Shown: positions 11,208 through 21,620, counted from the first letter of the stretch. The stretch is DNA of 64,000 nucleotides from Deinococcota bacterium (GCA_041695225.1 JBGFRI010000005.1:42936-106935), one strand, 5' to 3'. The notes: generated from the letters alone by a model not told the origin. Numbers and translations: made by a program.

Positions 11208-11933
11208 GCCGTTTCCATCAAACTTCCACATCAGAACGTTATCTGTGCCGTGCGGTGACTCCGCCAACAGTTCGCCGTCGGCATTGACAACCATTGCGCC
11301 ACCAAAAGATGGGGCGTCGGTGTTTATCTCAAGCGCATTTACAATCAGCGTGGTTACACTTACTGCTTTGACGGCTTCAATGTACAGTTGTCGCTCTTCG
11401 GAAGTCCATCGGTCAATATCGGGCGAGCATTTATCGAAACTGCGCGCCATCGGCACAACTAGCATGTTCAACGAAGGATCCAATCTTTGTACTATCTCTT
11501 TGTTGAACAAGTCGCCGCAAATTAGTAGCCCCAGCCGCCCCAAGTCGGTATCAACGCTGTCTACAGTATCGCCATTTACAAAGGGCGGTTTTTCTTCAAC
11601 CTTCCGATGTCTGAGGATGACCTTGCCTGTTCTATCCAGTAATACCGCCGTATTGTACACGCCCGACTCTGCACGTTCTAACACTCCGAAGCAAAAGTAT
11701 GTTGCATACGTTCTCGCAAATTGCTCGATTTGTTCGGTGCTAGGCCCAGGTATGGACTCCGCAAACTGCCTAAAATCATTTTCGTCGTATAAGTAGCCCG
11801 TCAAAGTACATTCGGGCAAGCAAACCAGATCGGGCTGATGGTGTGCTATCTCTGCAAGACGCTGCGCTAGGCGGTCCAAGTTTGCAGACGGGTTACGGGG
11901 TTCGGTTTTGAGCGGAATAAGGCAAACAAGCAT
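11202..11933 (-). CDS. Carbon-nitrogen hydrolase (nitrilase superfamily), cassette-borne
   Basis: DLVCLPE, YNTAVL..HRK and ICGD (E-K-C triad); atypical codon usage. Confidence 0.9.
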   Translation of the reverse strand: MLVCLIPLKTEPRNPSANLDRLAQRLAEIAHHQPDLVCLPECTLTGYLYDENDFRQFAESIPGPSTEQIEQFARTYATYFCFGVLERAESGVYNTAVLLDRTGKVILRHRKVEEKPPFVNGDTVDSVDTDLGRLGLLICGDLFNKEIVQRLDPSLNMLVVPMARSFDKCSPDIDRWTSEERQLYIEAVKAVSVTTLIVNALEINTDAPSFGGAMVVNADGELLAESPHGTDNVLMWKFDGNGG

Positions 11934-11970
11934 ACTTGCAGACCCTTGATTACGTATGAACGTAGGCGGC

Positions 11971-12098
11971 TAACTAGCAGTTATACCGCACCTGCGGCAT
12001 AACACACCAGAAATGTTATCAGTTTCCATCGGAAAAAGCACCCACACCGCTTTTCCCTGTAATCCATAGCGATTGGTAATACCTGGGGCGAACACCGC
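11971..12098 (-). repeat. attI-like segment, copy B (direct repeat of 12748-12876)
   Basis: Near-identical ~128 bp ending in TATAAC-TGCTA-GTT on the minus strand, directly at the start of the nitrilase cassette. Confidence 0.75.
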
Positions 12099-12178
12099 CT
12101 AAGTTAAGCCGCGCCCGGCCACAGATGCACGGAAGAACACCCCCGATCCCGGGCGTCGGCTTGAGCGCAATGTTATGC
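12097..12178 (-). mobile_element. Integron attC site of the RelE/ParE cassette; R' ends at the crossover G
   Basis: Minus strand GCATAAC-attgc-GCTCAAGCCGacgcccgg...ccgggcgCGGCTTAAC-ttaggc-G, then joined to the attI-like repeat. Confidence 0.8.
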
Positions 12179-12183
12179 CACAC

Positions 12184-12477
12184 CTATCGGCGATCAAGGC
12201 CAAACCTTGGATGACGACGGTGATGGCGGATGACCAATATGCGGATCGCTTCTTCGCTAATGAGGCGAAATAAGACAGAGTATGGGAAACGGTGCACGAA
12301 ACAGCGGCGAATACCATGCTCGACCATGGCGTACTGGGAGGGATTTGCGCGAATGCGCGCAATGGCGGCATAGACCTCGGAGCGAAACTCGTCACCGAGG
12401 CCAGCGCGCTGTTGGTTGTAGTACACGACGGCATTATTGAGATCGGATACGGTGAGAGGGTGATACTCAACCTTCAT
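12184..12477 (-). CDS. RelE/ParE-family toxin
   Basis: YYNQQRAGLGDEF...IRRCFVHRFPYSVLF...ILVIRHHRRHP. Confidence 0.9.
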   Translation of the reverse strand: MKVEYHPLTVSDLNNAVVYYNQQRAGLGDEFRSEVYAAIARIRANPSQYAMVEHGIRRCFVHRFPYSVLFRLISEEAIRILVIRHHRRHPRFGLDRR

Positions 12478-12713
12478 TCCGAGACGCCACCGGTGCGCCG
12501 TAAGAACTCGGCGTGACCAATGGGTTGGACTGCGCCAGACTCAATCTCGGCATCTCGTTGCGCCGCAACCTCGATGCCCTCTAGGTCGATGTTACGATTA
12601 CCAGCCACACTGGGATCATCAACTAAACTCTCCCATGCCACCATCGCGAGCTGCTCCCGCTCAGCAGCGGGGAGGGCCAATATCTGTTTCTCAAGTTCAA
12701 TAATCGTGCTCAT
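12474..12713 (-). CDS. Putative addiction-module antitoxin component
   Basis: LEKQILALPAAEREQLA...AQRDAEIESGAVQPI; overlaps the toxin start; TATACT 7 nt before ATG suggests a leaderless mRNA. Confidence 0.85.
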   Translation of the reverse strand: MSTIIELEKQILALPAAEREQLAMVAWESLVDDPSVAGNRNIDLEGIEVAAQRDAEIESGAVQPIGHAEFLRRTGGVSE

Positions 12714-12747
12714 AATATCAAGTATAACGCGTCAGGGCGGCGGGGCA

Positions 12748-12876
12748 TAACTAGCAGTTATACTGCACCTGCGGGATAAGACACCAGAAATGTTATCAGT
12801 TTCCATCGGAAAAGGAACCCACACCGCTTTTCCCTGTAATCAATAGCAATTTGGAAATACCTGGGGCCAACACCGC
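12748..12876 (-). repeat. attI-like segment, copy A, at the head of the cassette array
   Basis: Ends TATAAC-TGCTA-GTTATGCC; GTTATGCC is complementary to the cassette's R'' GGCATAAC (12172-12179). Confidence 0.75.
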
Positions 12877-12999
12877 TTGAGGCAAGTAGCAACCCTCACG
12901 CCTGGGATAGTAGGCTGTACAAAAGCTTCCTTGTAGGAGCAAAACTTTACCCCCGGCGCCGCTACCGTGCGGGCCGCGACCAGGAAATCGTACGGCCAC

Positions 13000-13569
13000 T
13001 CAGGGCCCGGCCCTTTGTCGCAGTAGATCGGCAATAGCGGCATGTCCGGCCTCGAGCGCCACCTGCAAGGGCGTCTTACCCTGAAAGTTCTGCCAGTTCA
13101 CGTCGGGGCCGGCTACTTCCAGCAGCCAGCGCACTACCTCGGTATGGCCGCGCCCGGCGGCCAGGCTAAGGGCCATGCTGCTGCCTTCCGTGGCCCCATA
13201 CTCCCACACCAGTTCCACCATCTCCACCTGACCAGACAGGGCTGCATGGGGCAGCAGGGGAATGCCATGAGCACTCTTGTGTCCTGCCAGTGCGGGGTTT
13301 TCCCCAAGCATCCGGCGCACAATGGCGATCTCCCCCAGCATGGCAGCCGTGGGAATTTCCAGGGGTGCGCCCTGGGTCAACAGGTACTCAGCGATGGCCC
13401 GGCTGCCCACATGGGCCGCACCCTGAATGGCGGTTTCGGTGTCGCCAGGGCGCCACTCATGCGCCAGGTTCAGCAGCCCGGGTGTTTCGGCCAGCATAGT
13501 CCGTACTTTTTCCAGGTCACCATGCCCAGCAATCACAAACTCACGGATGCGCTCAGAGGAGAGGCTCAT
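13000..13569 (-). CDS. Ankyrin-repeat protein
   Basis: ALSLAAGRGHTEVVRWLL and GKTPLQVALEAGHAAIADLL. Confidence 0.9.
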   Translation of the reverse strand: MSLSSERIREFVIAGHGDLEKVRTMLAETPGLLNLAHEWRPGDTETAIQGAAHVGSRAIAEYLLTQGAPLEIPTAAMLGEIAIVRRMLGENPALAGHKSAHGIPLLPHAALSGQVEMVELVWEYGATEGSSMALSLAAGRGHTEVVRWLLEVAGPDVNWQNFQGKTPLQVALEAGHAAIADLLRQRAGP

Positions 13570-13737
13570 GTAAACAGCTTACGCCAGGTTTGACAGGAAA
13601 AGCCGGGAAATGGCGACAATGTAAGGCAAAAGAAATTGCTATCACCCTGATCGGTGGAATTAGGACAACTGGGCAAGCAAGTTCTGTGCAGATCAGACCG
13701 AGGGCGTATCTTCCGCGGTGGTCGGTAGAATGGACGC

Positions 13738-14976
13738 ATGGATATACTCCCAGTCCTTGAAGAATTGTCGCAAAAAACCCCTTCTAAAATTCTTCTAGTC
13801 GTGCTGGACGGCGTGGGAGGGCTACCCCAGGAGTATGGCGGCCAGACCGAGCTGGCTACCGCCCGTACCCCCAACCTAGACGCGCTGGCCCAAAAGAGTG
13901 CTCTGGGGCTGCTGACACTGGTCTACCCGGGCCTCGCCCCGGGCTCGGGCCCAGGTCACCTTTCACTATTTGGCTACGACCCTTTCAAATACCTGGTGGG
14001 GCGTGGGGCCCTCTCGGCCATCGGCATCGGGGCCGATTTCTACGATGACGACGTGGGGGTTCGGGGCAATTTTGCTACTTTAGACGCCTCTGGACTGGTC
14101 CAGGACCGCCGCGCAGGCCGGCCCAGCGATGCGGAAAACATTCGCATAGTCAGCAAGCTCAAAAAAGCCATCGGCGAGATTGAAGGTGTGAGGGTAAGCT
14201 TCTATACCGAGTCGGAGCACCGCTTTGTGGTAATTCTGCGCGGGCCTGGTCTGGGCGACAAAGTTAGCGATACCGACCCCCAGAAGACCGGGGTCGCCCC
14301 GCTCAGATCGCATCCCTACGAGGCTGGTGACGCTGCTAGCGCCAAGACTGCCCGGGTGCTCAATGCCCTTACGGCCCGTATTCAAGAAGTGTTGAGGGAT
14401 GAGCCCCAGATCAATGGAGTCAATGGAGCGCTGTTCCGGGGAACTTCGCAGAAGCCAAAATTTCCCAGCATGTCCCAGGTCTACAAGCTGAGCGCTGCTT
14501 GCGCAGCCAGCTACCCCATGTACAAGGGGATAGCAAGCCTGCTGGGTATGGATGTGCTGCCGGTGGAGGGTGCGGAGGACGCCCCCGCGGGCAAGGTGAG
14601 GGCACTGCAACAGAACTGGGATAAGTACGACTTCTTCTATCTCCACTTCAAGAAAACCGACTCCTCCGCCGAGGATGGCAATTTCGCCGAGAAGGCACGC
14701 CAGGTCGACATTTTCGACCAGCTATTGCCCGAGCTGCTGGCCCTAAAGCCCGAGGTGCTGGCCATTACCAGCGATCACTCCACCCCCAGCATCATGAGAG
14801 CCCACTCCTGGCACCCAGTACCGCTGCTGCTGCACGCGCCTTTTCTACGCAATGACCCTGCCCAGCGCTTTACCGAGGACGAAGCCGCTTTAGGTATTCT
14901 GGGCCACCTGCGCGGAGTGGAACTAATGCCACTGCTGCTGGCCCACGCGGGCAAGCTGCAGAAGTATGGGGCCTAG
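13738..14976 (+). CDS. apgM: 2,3-bisphosphoglycerate-independent phosphoglycerate mutase (ApgM type)
   Basis: [29 protein letters not shown] and SDHSTP..HSWHPVP. Confidence 0.92.
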   Translation: MDILPVLEELSQKTPSKILLVVLDGVGGLPQEYGGQTELATARTPNLDALAQKSALGLLTLVYPGLAPGSGPGHLSLFGYDPFKYLVGRGALSAIGIGADFYDDDVGVRGNFATLDASGLVQDRRAGRPSDAENIRIVSKLKKAIGEIEGVRVSFYTESEHRFVVILRGPGLGDKVSDTDPQKTGVAPLRSHPYEAGDAASAKTARVLNALTARIQEVLRDEPQINGVNGALFRGTSQKPKFPSMSQVYKLSAACAASYPMYKGIASLLGMDVLPVEGAEDAPAGKVRALQQNWDKYDFFYLHFKKTDSSAEDGNFAEKARQVDIFDQLLPELLALKPEVLAITSDHSTPSIMRAHSWHPVPLLLHAPFLRNDPAQRFTEDEAALGILGHLRGVELMPLLLAHAGKLQKYGA

Positions 14977-15152
14977 CCGTACCAAGTAGAAAAGGAGCCT
15001 CTTTGATTTTCTCCCCCATCGACAGGCCTTGGGAGTCTTCAATGGGCGTTTATAACTCCTGGGGTGTGACCAGAGGAAGCCATAGTAGAGGTGGCAAAGG
15101 CTGGCATCACAATTCCTCTACAAGGCCCAATAGCCTGCATATCGGAACAATT

Positions 15153-15806
15153 TTAGCCACCCCCTCGAGCGTGCCGGGTCACCCAGCGCTCCAGCGCCTC
15201 GGCATACTGCTCAGGGGACAGGCGAGGCCGGTCGTACAACCCTGCCGCCAAGCGCTGCCGCTGGGCCTCGAACAAGATCACGGCCGCTGCTACCGAGACA
15301 TTCAGGCTCTGAACCATGCCCATCATGGGAATCAGGATGTGCCCGTCCGATAGCTCGGCTGCCTCTGGCGAAATGCCCCACTTCTCGGTTCCCAGCAAAA
15401 TGCAGGTAGGCCGGGTATAGTCCACCTGACGGTAGTCCACCGCCCGCGCGGAAAGGTGCGCCGCCCAGACCCCAAACCCCTGGGCTTTCAAGTGGGCCAG
15501 GGCCGAGGTGGTCTCGTGGTGGATGCAGAGCCCCACCCACTTGGCCGCCGAGCCCGAAGTCTCGTTAAAAGTTTTGCCACTCAGGCTTGTTTTGCCCGGC
15601 CTTGGCTCGGTGCTTTCCAAATCGGGGAGATGGGGTATTCCGTGCCTGGACGGGATAGCGTGTACCTGCAGCACACCCACTGCATCGCAGGAGCGCAGGA
15701 TGGCCGAAAAATTGTGTGGCTTGTGTACCCTCTCCATCAGTACCGTCAGGTCGGGCTGGCGCTTGTCCAGCACCGAGCGAATCTTGGCGAGGCGTTCTGG
15801 GGTCAC
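15153..15806 (-). CDS. trmH: tRNA (guanosine-18 2'-O)-methyltransferase
   Basis: [35 protein letters not shown] and [15 protein letters not shown]. Confidence 0.95.
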   Translation of the reverse strand: MTPERLAKIRSVLDKRQPDLTVLMERVHKPHNFSAILRSCDAVGVLQVHAIPSRHGIPHLPDLESTEPRPGKTSLSGKTFNETSGSAAKWVGLCIHHETTSALAHLKAQGFGVWAAHLSARAVDYRQVDYTRPTCILLGTEKWGISPEAAELSDGHILIPMMGMVQSLNVSVAAAVILFEAQRQRLAAGLYDRPRLSPEQYAEALERWVTRHARGGG

Positions 15807-16158
15807 GAAAAACCATTTTACCCAGCCAGGTGAATATCTGCCGATGGTACCAAAGACGCCATCGCAAATGCCGCTGCGCCAGTACGAAACGGTTAGCCCA
15901 GACTTATACCAAGAGGTTTCCCAACCCCAGCCCCTAAGTGGTCGCTTTCATAAATGCGATGGCGAGTAGTCCTTGCCTTTCCGGCTCCAGGCCATCATAA
16001 ATTACCTCACCAAACTTTCGACTCAGACCAATAAGCGGCTGTAAAAGCATCGGGTGGACCCGTAAACGAACTGGTGGCAGGCGCACGCTACAAGCCCCTG
16101 GCAATCAGCAGACTACCCTGGCAGAACCCAGGGTAACTGCCTGACCTCCCACCTTCGA

Positions 16159-16800
16159 TCAGGTTGTGGCTGGCTGGTTTTGCGCATTAGCTCGTAAGCG
16201 CTCGATCAGGGGGCGCAGGAGAGCGCGTTTGAGCTTGAGCGACTGGCGGTTGACGATAAAGCGGGCGGTGGAGTGGGCCAGCACCTCGGTCTCAACCAGC
16301 CCAGCAGCCCGAAGAGTGGCTCCGGTCTGCACCACGTCCACCACTGCGTCGGCCAGCCCGGTAATGACTGCTAGCTCGACATTGCCCGCCAGTTCAATGA
16401 TATCGGCCGTCACCCCGCGTTCGCGCAGCACTTTAGCGGTAAAGCTGGGGTACTTGGTGGCGACGCGGCGGATGGGGCCGGTGGACTCGGGGTGGCGAAT
16501 CAGCGAGAGACGGCACGCACCCGTGCCCAGGTCTACCGGCTCGTACACGTCGCGACCAGACTCCAAAAGCACATCGTTGCCCACCACGCCCACATCGGCA
16601 ATGCCCAGGTCTACGTAGATGGGCACGTCGTGGTTGCGCAGCTCCAAAATGGCAGTTCCGCCCGCCTTGCCGTGCAGCAGGGCCCGTTCGTTTTCAATGG
16701 GAGGAAGTTCCAGCCCGGCCCTCGCAAGTGCCTGGTAGCCATCGGTAAAGTTGCGCCCTTTGGGCAGAGCCACCACCAGGGCGAAGCGTCCTCGAGTCAT
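16159..16800 (-). CDS. hisG: ATP phosphoribosyltransferase, short form
   Basis: [29 protein letters not shown] and [14 protein letters not shown]. Confidence 0.96.
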   Translation of the reverse strand: MTRGRFALVVALPKGRNFTDGYQALARAGLELPPIENERALLHGKAGGTAILELRNHDVPIYVDLGIADVGVVGNDVLLESGRDVYEPVDLGTGACRLSLIRHPESTGPIRRVATKYPSFTAKVLRERGVTADIIELAGNVELAVITGLADAVVDVVQTGATLRAAGLVETEVLAHSTARFIVNRQSLKLKRALLRPLIERLRANAQNQPATT

Positions 16801-16876
16801 CCGAGCTTTCTTATATCACAAACTACCCAGGTATGCTTGTAAAGCACCGGCCAGAAGGCGACTTCGCTGTATTGCC

Positions 16877-16905
16877 TTGACGCATAGTGAATAAGACGAT
16901 ATGCT
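16877..16905 (+). promoter_or_regulatory. SigmaA-type promoter
   Basis: TTGACG, 17 bp spacer, TATGCT, upstream of the pseudouridine synthase gene. Confidence 0.7.
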
Positions 16906-16914
16906 ACTACTGTT

Positions 16915-16940
16915 GCCCCGGAGAGCGGGGGCTTTTTATT
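16915..16940 (+). terminator. Terminator-like hairpin in the leader of the pseudouridine synthase gene
   Basis: GCCCCG-gagag-CGGGGGC followed by TTTTTATT, 4 nt before the ATG. Confidence 0.5.
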
Positions 16941-16944
16941 TAAC

Positions 16945-17679
16945 ATGGCCAAAGAACGCTTGGACAAAGTGCTGGGGCATCTGGGTATCGGCACCCGCAA
17001 GGAGATATACCGGCTGGCTCGAGCGGGCCTGATTGCCATTGATGGCCAGGTAGTCACCGACTCGGCTTTCAAGTTTGACCCTGCCCAGTCACGCATCGAG
17101 GTAGCGGGTGAGGCCCTGGTGTATCGAGCATTTTATTACGTAATGCTCAACAAACCTGCCGGATATATCACTTCTACCAGAGATCGCGATGGCATCCCAA
17201 TCACGGCTCTGCTGCCCGAGAGATTGCAGCGCGACGACTGGATGCCGGTAGGCCGCCTGGACAAAGATACCGAGGGGCTTCTGCTTCTGACCACCGATGG
17301 CGAACTGCTCCACCGCCTGACCCATCCCCGCTGGAAGGTGGGCAAGCGCTACTACGCTGAACTGGCCTCACCAGTCACGCCCGAAGACGTAAAGGCCTTT
17401 GCCTCAGGGGCAATTGAGCTCGAGGGCCAGAAGCTAAAGCCTGCCGAACTGTATATTGGCCCCGACCCCCAAAAGGTCGAGCTGATAATTCGCGAGGGCA
17501 GGTTTCATCAGGTCAAGCGAATGTTTGCCGCCAGGGGCAACCAGGTTCTATTTCTCCGGCGGGTGGCTTTCGGGCCGGTGCTGCTACCGCCAGACCTAAA
17601 GCCCGGCGCCTGCCGCGAGCTAGATGCCGGGGAAGTAGCTGCACTGTATAAGGCGGTGGGCTTGCCGTTAGAGCAATAA
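16945..17679 (+). CDS. RsuA-family rRNA pseudouridine synthase
   Basis: N-terminal S4 domain (ERLDKVL), LNKPAGYI, GRLDKDTEGLLLLT and EGRFHQVKRM. Confidence 0.93.
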   Translation: MAKERLDKVLGHLGIGTRKEIYRLARAGLIAIDGQVVTDSAFKFDPAQSRIEVAGEALVYRAFYYVMLNKPAGYITSTRDRDGIPITALLPERLQRDDWMPVGRLDKDTEGLLLLTTDGELLHRLTHPRWKVGKRYYAELASPVTPEDVKAFASGAIELEGQKLKPAELYIGPDPQKVELIIREGRFHQVKRMFAARGNQVLFLRRVAFGPVLLPPDLKPGACRELDAGEVAALYKAVGLPLEQ

Positions 17680-17710
17680 AGAAACCAGCCTGGTGCAGCC
17701 ACTAACATAA

Positions 17711-17738
17711 ACACCCCGCAAGCAACCTTGCGGGGTGT
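17711..17738. terminator. Hairpin between convergent genes (probable bidirectional terminator)
   Basis: acaccccgcaag-caac-cttgcggggtgt, a perfect 12-bp stem. Confidence 0.8.
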
Positions 17739-17752
17739 TAGTGCGTGGCCGG

Positions 17753-19056
17753 TTATCTCGAGACCACACCGGCTGGGAGCATCTGCCCAAACAGGGTCGC
17801 ATACATCAGCCGGTACATATCGGTGTTGTCAACCAGGGGGGGTAGAAGCCGTGCATTGAGGCCATGGGCCCGGGCCAGAATACCACCCGAGCCATCGGAG
17901 AACGAAGCCCAGGCAATGGCAAAGGGTAAGCGGCGGCCCGCAGCGTCAGGCGCAGAGACAAAGGGTCTGCCGCCCGTACCTTCGACACCATCCAGCGGAG
18001 CGCCGTTACGACCAGTAGCTGGTACCGACGGTCTGGCTCTACTTCGAGCACGGTCATACCTCCGGCCTCGCTATCGGCGGCGGTAAGAAGCAGGGTATTG
18101 GGGTTGCGGCGGATGAAGTCTTTGGCCACCCCAATAGCATCGTCGGCGCGCTTGAGGGCCTCCAGACAGCCATTGGCATTGTTGGCATTGCACAGGTTGT
18201 CGGTACCCTCTTCTTCGGCCACAATAAAGAACTGGCGGCGGGGCTGGGCGGCAAAAATCTCCAGGGTCTTTTGCAGCATCTCGGCAATGGTGGGTGCACC
18301 TTCAACGTAGTTCCGCAGTCCGCGTTCGCGTAAGACTTCCTCGCTCAAGGTAAAGTAGGTGTCTTCGGCGGCAAAGATACCCAGCACCCGGCGGGTAGTG
18401 TTGGGCAGGGCCAGCAGCTCGGCGCGGTTATAGACGATGGTAAAACCCAGGGCTTTAGCCCGCTCAATCAGGTTTAGACCATCCTCACGCCGCCCTTCCG
18501 CACCGTGACGGCCGCGCACTCCACGGGGCAGATACCAGACCTCGCCCGCGCCCAGGATGATCTCCACACCAGACTCCACCACCTGACGGGCAATTTCAGC
18601 ATGGTAACCACGTCTGGCAACACGGGCCACAAAAGCGCCGGTGCCTGGCTCAGTGATGCTGCCGGTGTTAATCAGCGCGGTAGCCAGACCAGCCCGGACC
18701 GCTGCCTGCATGATGGTCTCGGCCCGGCCGTTACGTGATAAAACCGGGGTAGTGCCGTCTTCCAGCATACCAAAGGAGTCCTGGTGAACCTTGACACCCG
18801 TAGCATGTACCACCGCCCCGCCGTGTGAGGTTCCAACCAGCGAGTCCTTCATATGGCCACGGTATTTGGCCATGTGCGACATGCGGTCCCAGTTCAGCAG
18901 GCCATCCGGCCCAGCGTGAAGGATCCGCGCCGCGCCCCAGCTATTCAGGCCGGCGCCATCGGGGTGAAAAAAGATTACGTTGCCGCTTGGTGTGGCGGTC
19001 TGGGCCAGACCTGCGCCCAGTAGTGCTATGACTGCTGTTGCCAGAATTCGTCTCAT
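17753..19056 (-). pseudogene. phoA: Secreted PhoA-type alkaline phosphatase with a 1-nt frameshift near 18027
   Basis: Signal peptide, NVIFFHPDG, EEEGTDN and LLLTAADS motifs; a plausible C-terminus (PATGRNGAPLDGVEG...VDNTDMYRLMYATLFG...SR*) continues in another frame to TAA at 17753. Confidence 0.8.
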
Positions 19057-19098
19057 TTAAGCTACCTCCCGTTCCCGCCCATTGGGCGGGTCAGGGGC

Positions 19099-19129
19099 AG
19101 CATAGGAGGGTTATGTCATGCTATTGTCA
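19099..19129 (-). promoter_or_regulatory. Putative Pho-box promoter of the alkaline phosphatase gene
   Basis: TGACA-N6-TGACA-N9-TATGCT (11-bp periodicity; the reverse strand resembles CTGTCAT). Confidence 0.65.
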
Positions 19130-19487
19130 CAAACCTTGCAGATTCGGGTCTGGGTGAGCAGTAATCCACCGCTCAGAAACAGCTCTGTCGTAACATTTCT
19201 AGAAACAGGCCCATCACACTTCAGAGACGTTACAAGCCACACCAGCGCGTGCCTGGCGGAGCTTTCGACTCACTCACTTTAGGCCCACCAGGTTATTGCG
19301 ATTGTAGGCGGACTTCACCATGCCAGGCTTCATAAACGCTCGGCTGTGAGGCTATTTTTGTCATGTGCCCTTGACTGCAATCGGGAGGAATTATCTTGTG
19401 TTTATCAAGTTTTTGCCGCAAAATAGGGGCGTTACATAACTGTTCTGGGACAAAGGCGATTTAGACTAGGTGAACCAGGAGGGCGCA

Positions 19488-19922
19488 ATGTACAAAAAAA
19501 TTCTGATGCCCACCGATGGCAGTGCTTGTAGCCAGAAAGCCATATCCACAGGTCTGGACCTCGCAAGGACCACGGGCGCAGGTGTGACGTTCTTGTATGC
19601 CGTTGAGGGTATCAGCTCGACCCTGTGGGTCAGCCCTGAAAGTGTGCCCTATGGCCTCGAGCTGGTCGAAGACCTTAAGCGGGTGGGCAAAGAAGTCCTC
19701 GGCAAAGCCAGCGAGCTGGCTACGGCGGCAGGTGTCAGCTCCGAGACCCGGCTGGTAGAGGCCAGGCCGGTAGAGGCAATCCTGGCCGAAGCCAAAAACC
19801 ACGACCTGATCGTGATGGGCACCCACGGGCGCAGCGGGCTCGATCGCTTCATGCTGGGCTCGGTGACCGAGGCGGTCTTGCACCGCTCCGACAAGCCGGT
19901 GCTGGTATTACGGTGCAAGTGA
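19488..19922 (+). CDS. Universal stress protein
   Basis: YKKILMPTDGS and DLIVMGTHGRSGLDRFMLGSVTEAVL. Confidence 0.95.
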   Translation: MYKKILMPTDGSACSQKAISTGLDLARTTGAGVTFLYAVEGISSTLWVSPESVPYGLELVEDLKRVGKEVLGKASELATAAGVSSETRLVEARPVEAILAEAKNHDLIVMGTHGRSGLDRFMLGSVTEAVLHRSDKPVLVLRCK

Positions 19923-20004
19923 AGCAACCCTCTCCCCGAAGGAGAGAGGATCTCATGGCTGGTACAAAAACATACGCTCAGGGAATTTCTGGCACAATCG
20001 AGGG

Positions 20005-21540
20005 GTGAGGCTATCTCGCCGTGCGCTGCTGGGTACGCTGGCGGCCCTTCCCCTGGCAGGGCAAAACGCAAGTACCGCTATCTTCCCCCAGGGGGTGGCC
20101 TCGGGCGACCCCAGCGAGTCCGGGATGGTGTTGTGGACACGCATCGCCCCAGAGCACTACCGCGCCCCGGAGCCTTTGTGGCTGGAGTTGTCCGAATCAC
20201 CCGACTTTGCCCCGGTGCTACACCAGACCCCGGTGAGCGCCGCATTTGGCCCCGAGACCGATTTCACCGTTCAGGTAGATTTTTCTGGCCTGCTGCAACC
20301 AGCACAGCACTACTACTACCGTTTCCGCTACCGCCAGGTCTATAGCCCCGCCGGGCGCAGCAAAACCCTCCCGGCCCCCGGCATGAAGCAGCCCATCCGG
20401 CTGGGACTGGTCTCGTGCCAGGAGTATACCAGCGGCTACTACGGGGCCTACGCCCACCTGGCCCTGGAAAACCTGGATGCAGTGCTACACCTGGGCGACT
20501 TTATCTACGAGTATTCCGCCGACCCCCGCTTCAGGCGCGAGCGCTTTCCGGGCCGCACCTTCCGCCTGCCCTCGGGCAGTTATCTGGCGGTGAACCTGGC
20601 CGACTTTCGGCAGCTTTACCGGGCCTACCGCGACCCCCACATGCAGGCCGCAATGGCCGCGCACCCCTTCATCGTGATGTGGGACGACCACGAGTTTGCC
20701 AACGACACCTACTGGGACCCCAGCCGCAACGCGCCCGGGGCGCCCGACCACCCCTTCCGGCATGCACCCGACCGCCTGAGGAGGCTGCGGCTGGAAGCCA
20801 ATCAGGCCTGGCGTGAGTATGTGCCCAGCCACGCCTACTTCGACCCCAGCGCCCAAGACCCCCGCGAACAGCTTTTCACCTACCGCAGCCTGCGCTTTGG
20901 CGATATGCTGGAGCTCTCTCTAACCGATACCCGTAGTTTTCGCTCGCCCCACCCCTGTGGCCCTGAACAGCGCACCTTCACCAGTTGTCCGGCCTCGAGC
21001 GACCCTGGGCGCACCATGCTGGGGCCGATACAGCTCGAGTGGCTCTTGGTGGGTTTACAGACCAGCACAGCCCGCTGGCGGGGCCTGGGCAGCGCGGTGA
21101 TGTTTTCGCCCCTTACCGCGCTGGGAACCACCGTCAACCTCGATAGCTGGGACGGCTTTGCCCACGAGCGCGACCAGATTATTGCCGCCCTCGCCGACCA
21201 GCAAAACCTGATTGTACTCTCGGGCGACCTGCACAGCGCCCTGGCCGGCCGCATCTCTCCGGGCTTTGCGGGGCAGGCGATAATCGGGATGGAGTTTATG
21301 GCCCCCAGCCTCACCAGTCCCAACCCCCGGGACACTTTTGGCACCCGCCTGCCCTGGCTGGGCAACCGGGTGGTGGAGCTGTTGAACCCGTGGCTCGAGT
21401 TCTTCGATGGCGAGGCGAACGGCTATGCGATTTTAGAATTGTCGGAAGAGCAGGCCAGTTATGAAGTGTATGCGGTAGACAAGAGCGTAAATGGAATTGC
21501 AGCAGAGAAGCGACTGGTGCGACAGGTTGTTACACAGTAA
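20005..21540 (+). CDS. phoD: Alkaline phosphatase D family protein, Tat-exported
   Basis: SRRALL Tat signal; FPQGVASGDP, LHLGDFIYE, WDDHEFAND, DSWDGF and LSGDLH motifs. Confidence 0.93.
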   Translation: MRLSRRALLGTLAALPLAGQNASTAIFPQGVASGDPSESGMVLWTRIAPEHYRAPEPLWLELSESPDFAPVLHQTPVSAAFGPETDFTVQVDFSGLLQPAQHYYYRFRYRQVYSPAGRSKTLPAPGMKQPIRLGLVSCQEYTSGYYGAYAHLALENLDAVLHLGDFIYEYSADPRFRRERFPGRTFRLPSGSYLAVNLADFRQLYRAYRDPHMQAAMAAHPFIVMWDDHEFANDTYWDPSRNAPGAPDHPFRHAPDRLRRLRLEANQAWREYVPSHAYFDPSAQDPREQLFTYRSLRFGDMLELSLTDTRSFRSPHPCGPEQRTFTSCPASSDPGRTMLGPIQLEWLLVGLQTSTARWRGLGSAVMFSPLTALGTTVNLDSWDGFAHERDQIIAALADQQNLIVLSGDLHSALAGRISPGFAGQAIIGMEFMAPSLTSPNPRDTFGTRLPWLGNRVVELLNPWLEFFDGEANGYAILELSEEQASYEVYAVDKSVNGIAAEKRLVRQVVTQ

Positions 21541-21620
21541 AAGTCAGCAAGGCACTTGCCGTTTCCGGCGGGTAAACTGAGCCTCAAAAAGCGCTCCCGG
21601 CGTATGCGCAGATCCTGCCC

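Noticed and set aside
12877..13000. Integron integrase next to the attI-like site
   Set aside because: Only ~120 bp separates it from the ankyrin gene, and no tyrosine-recombinase motif is visible here or elsewhere in the window
16159..16800. Truncated hisG
   Set aside because: The short form is a normal HisZ-dependent class
16800..16945. His leader peptide or attenuator for hisG
   Set aside because: No His-codon run found, and the terminator faces the opposite strand
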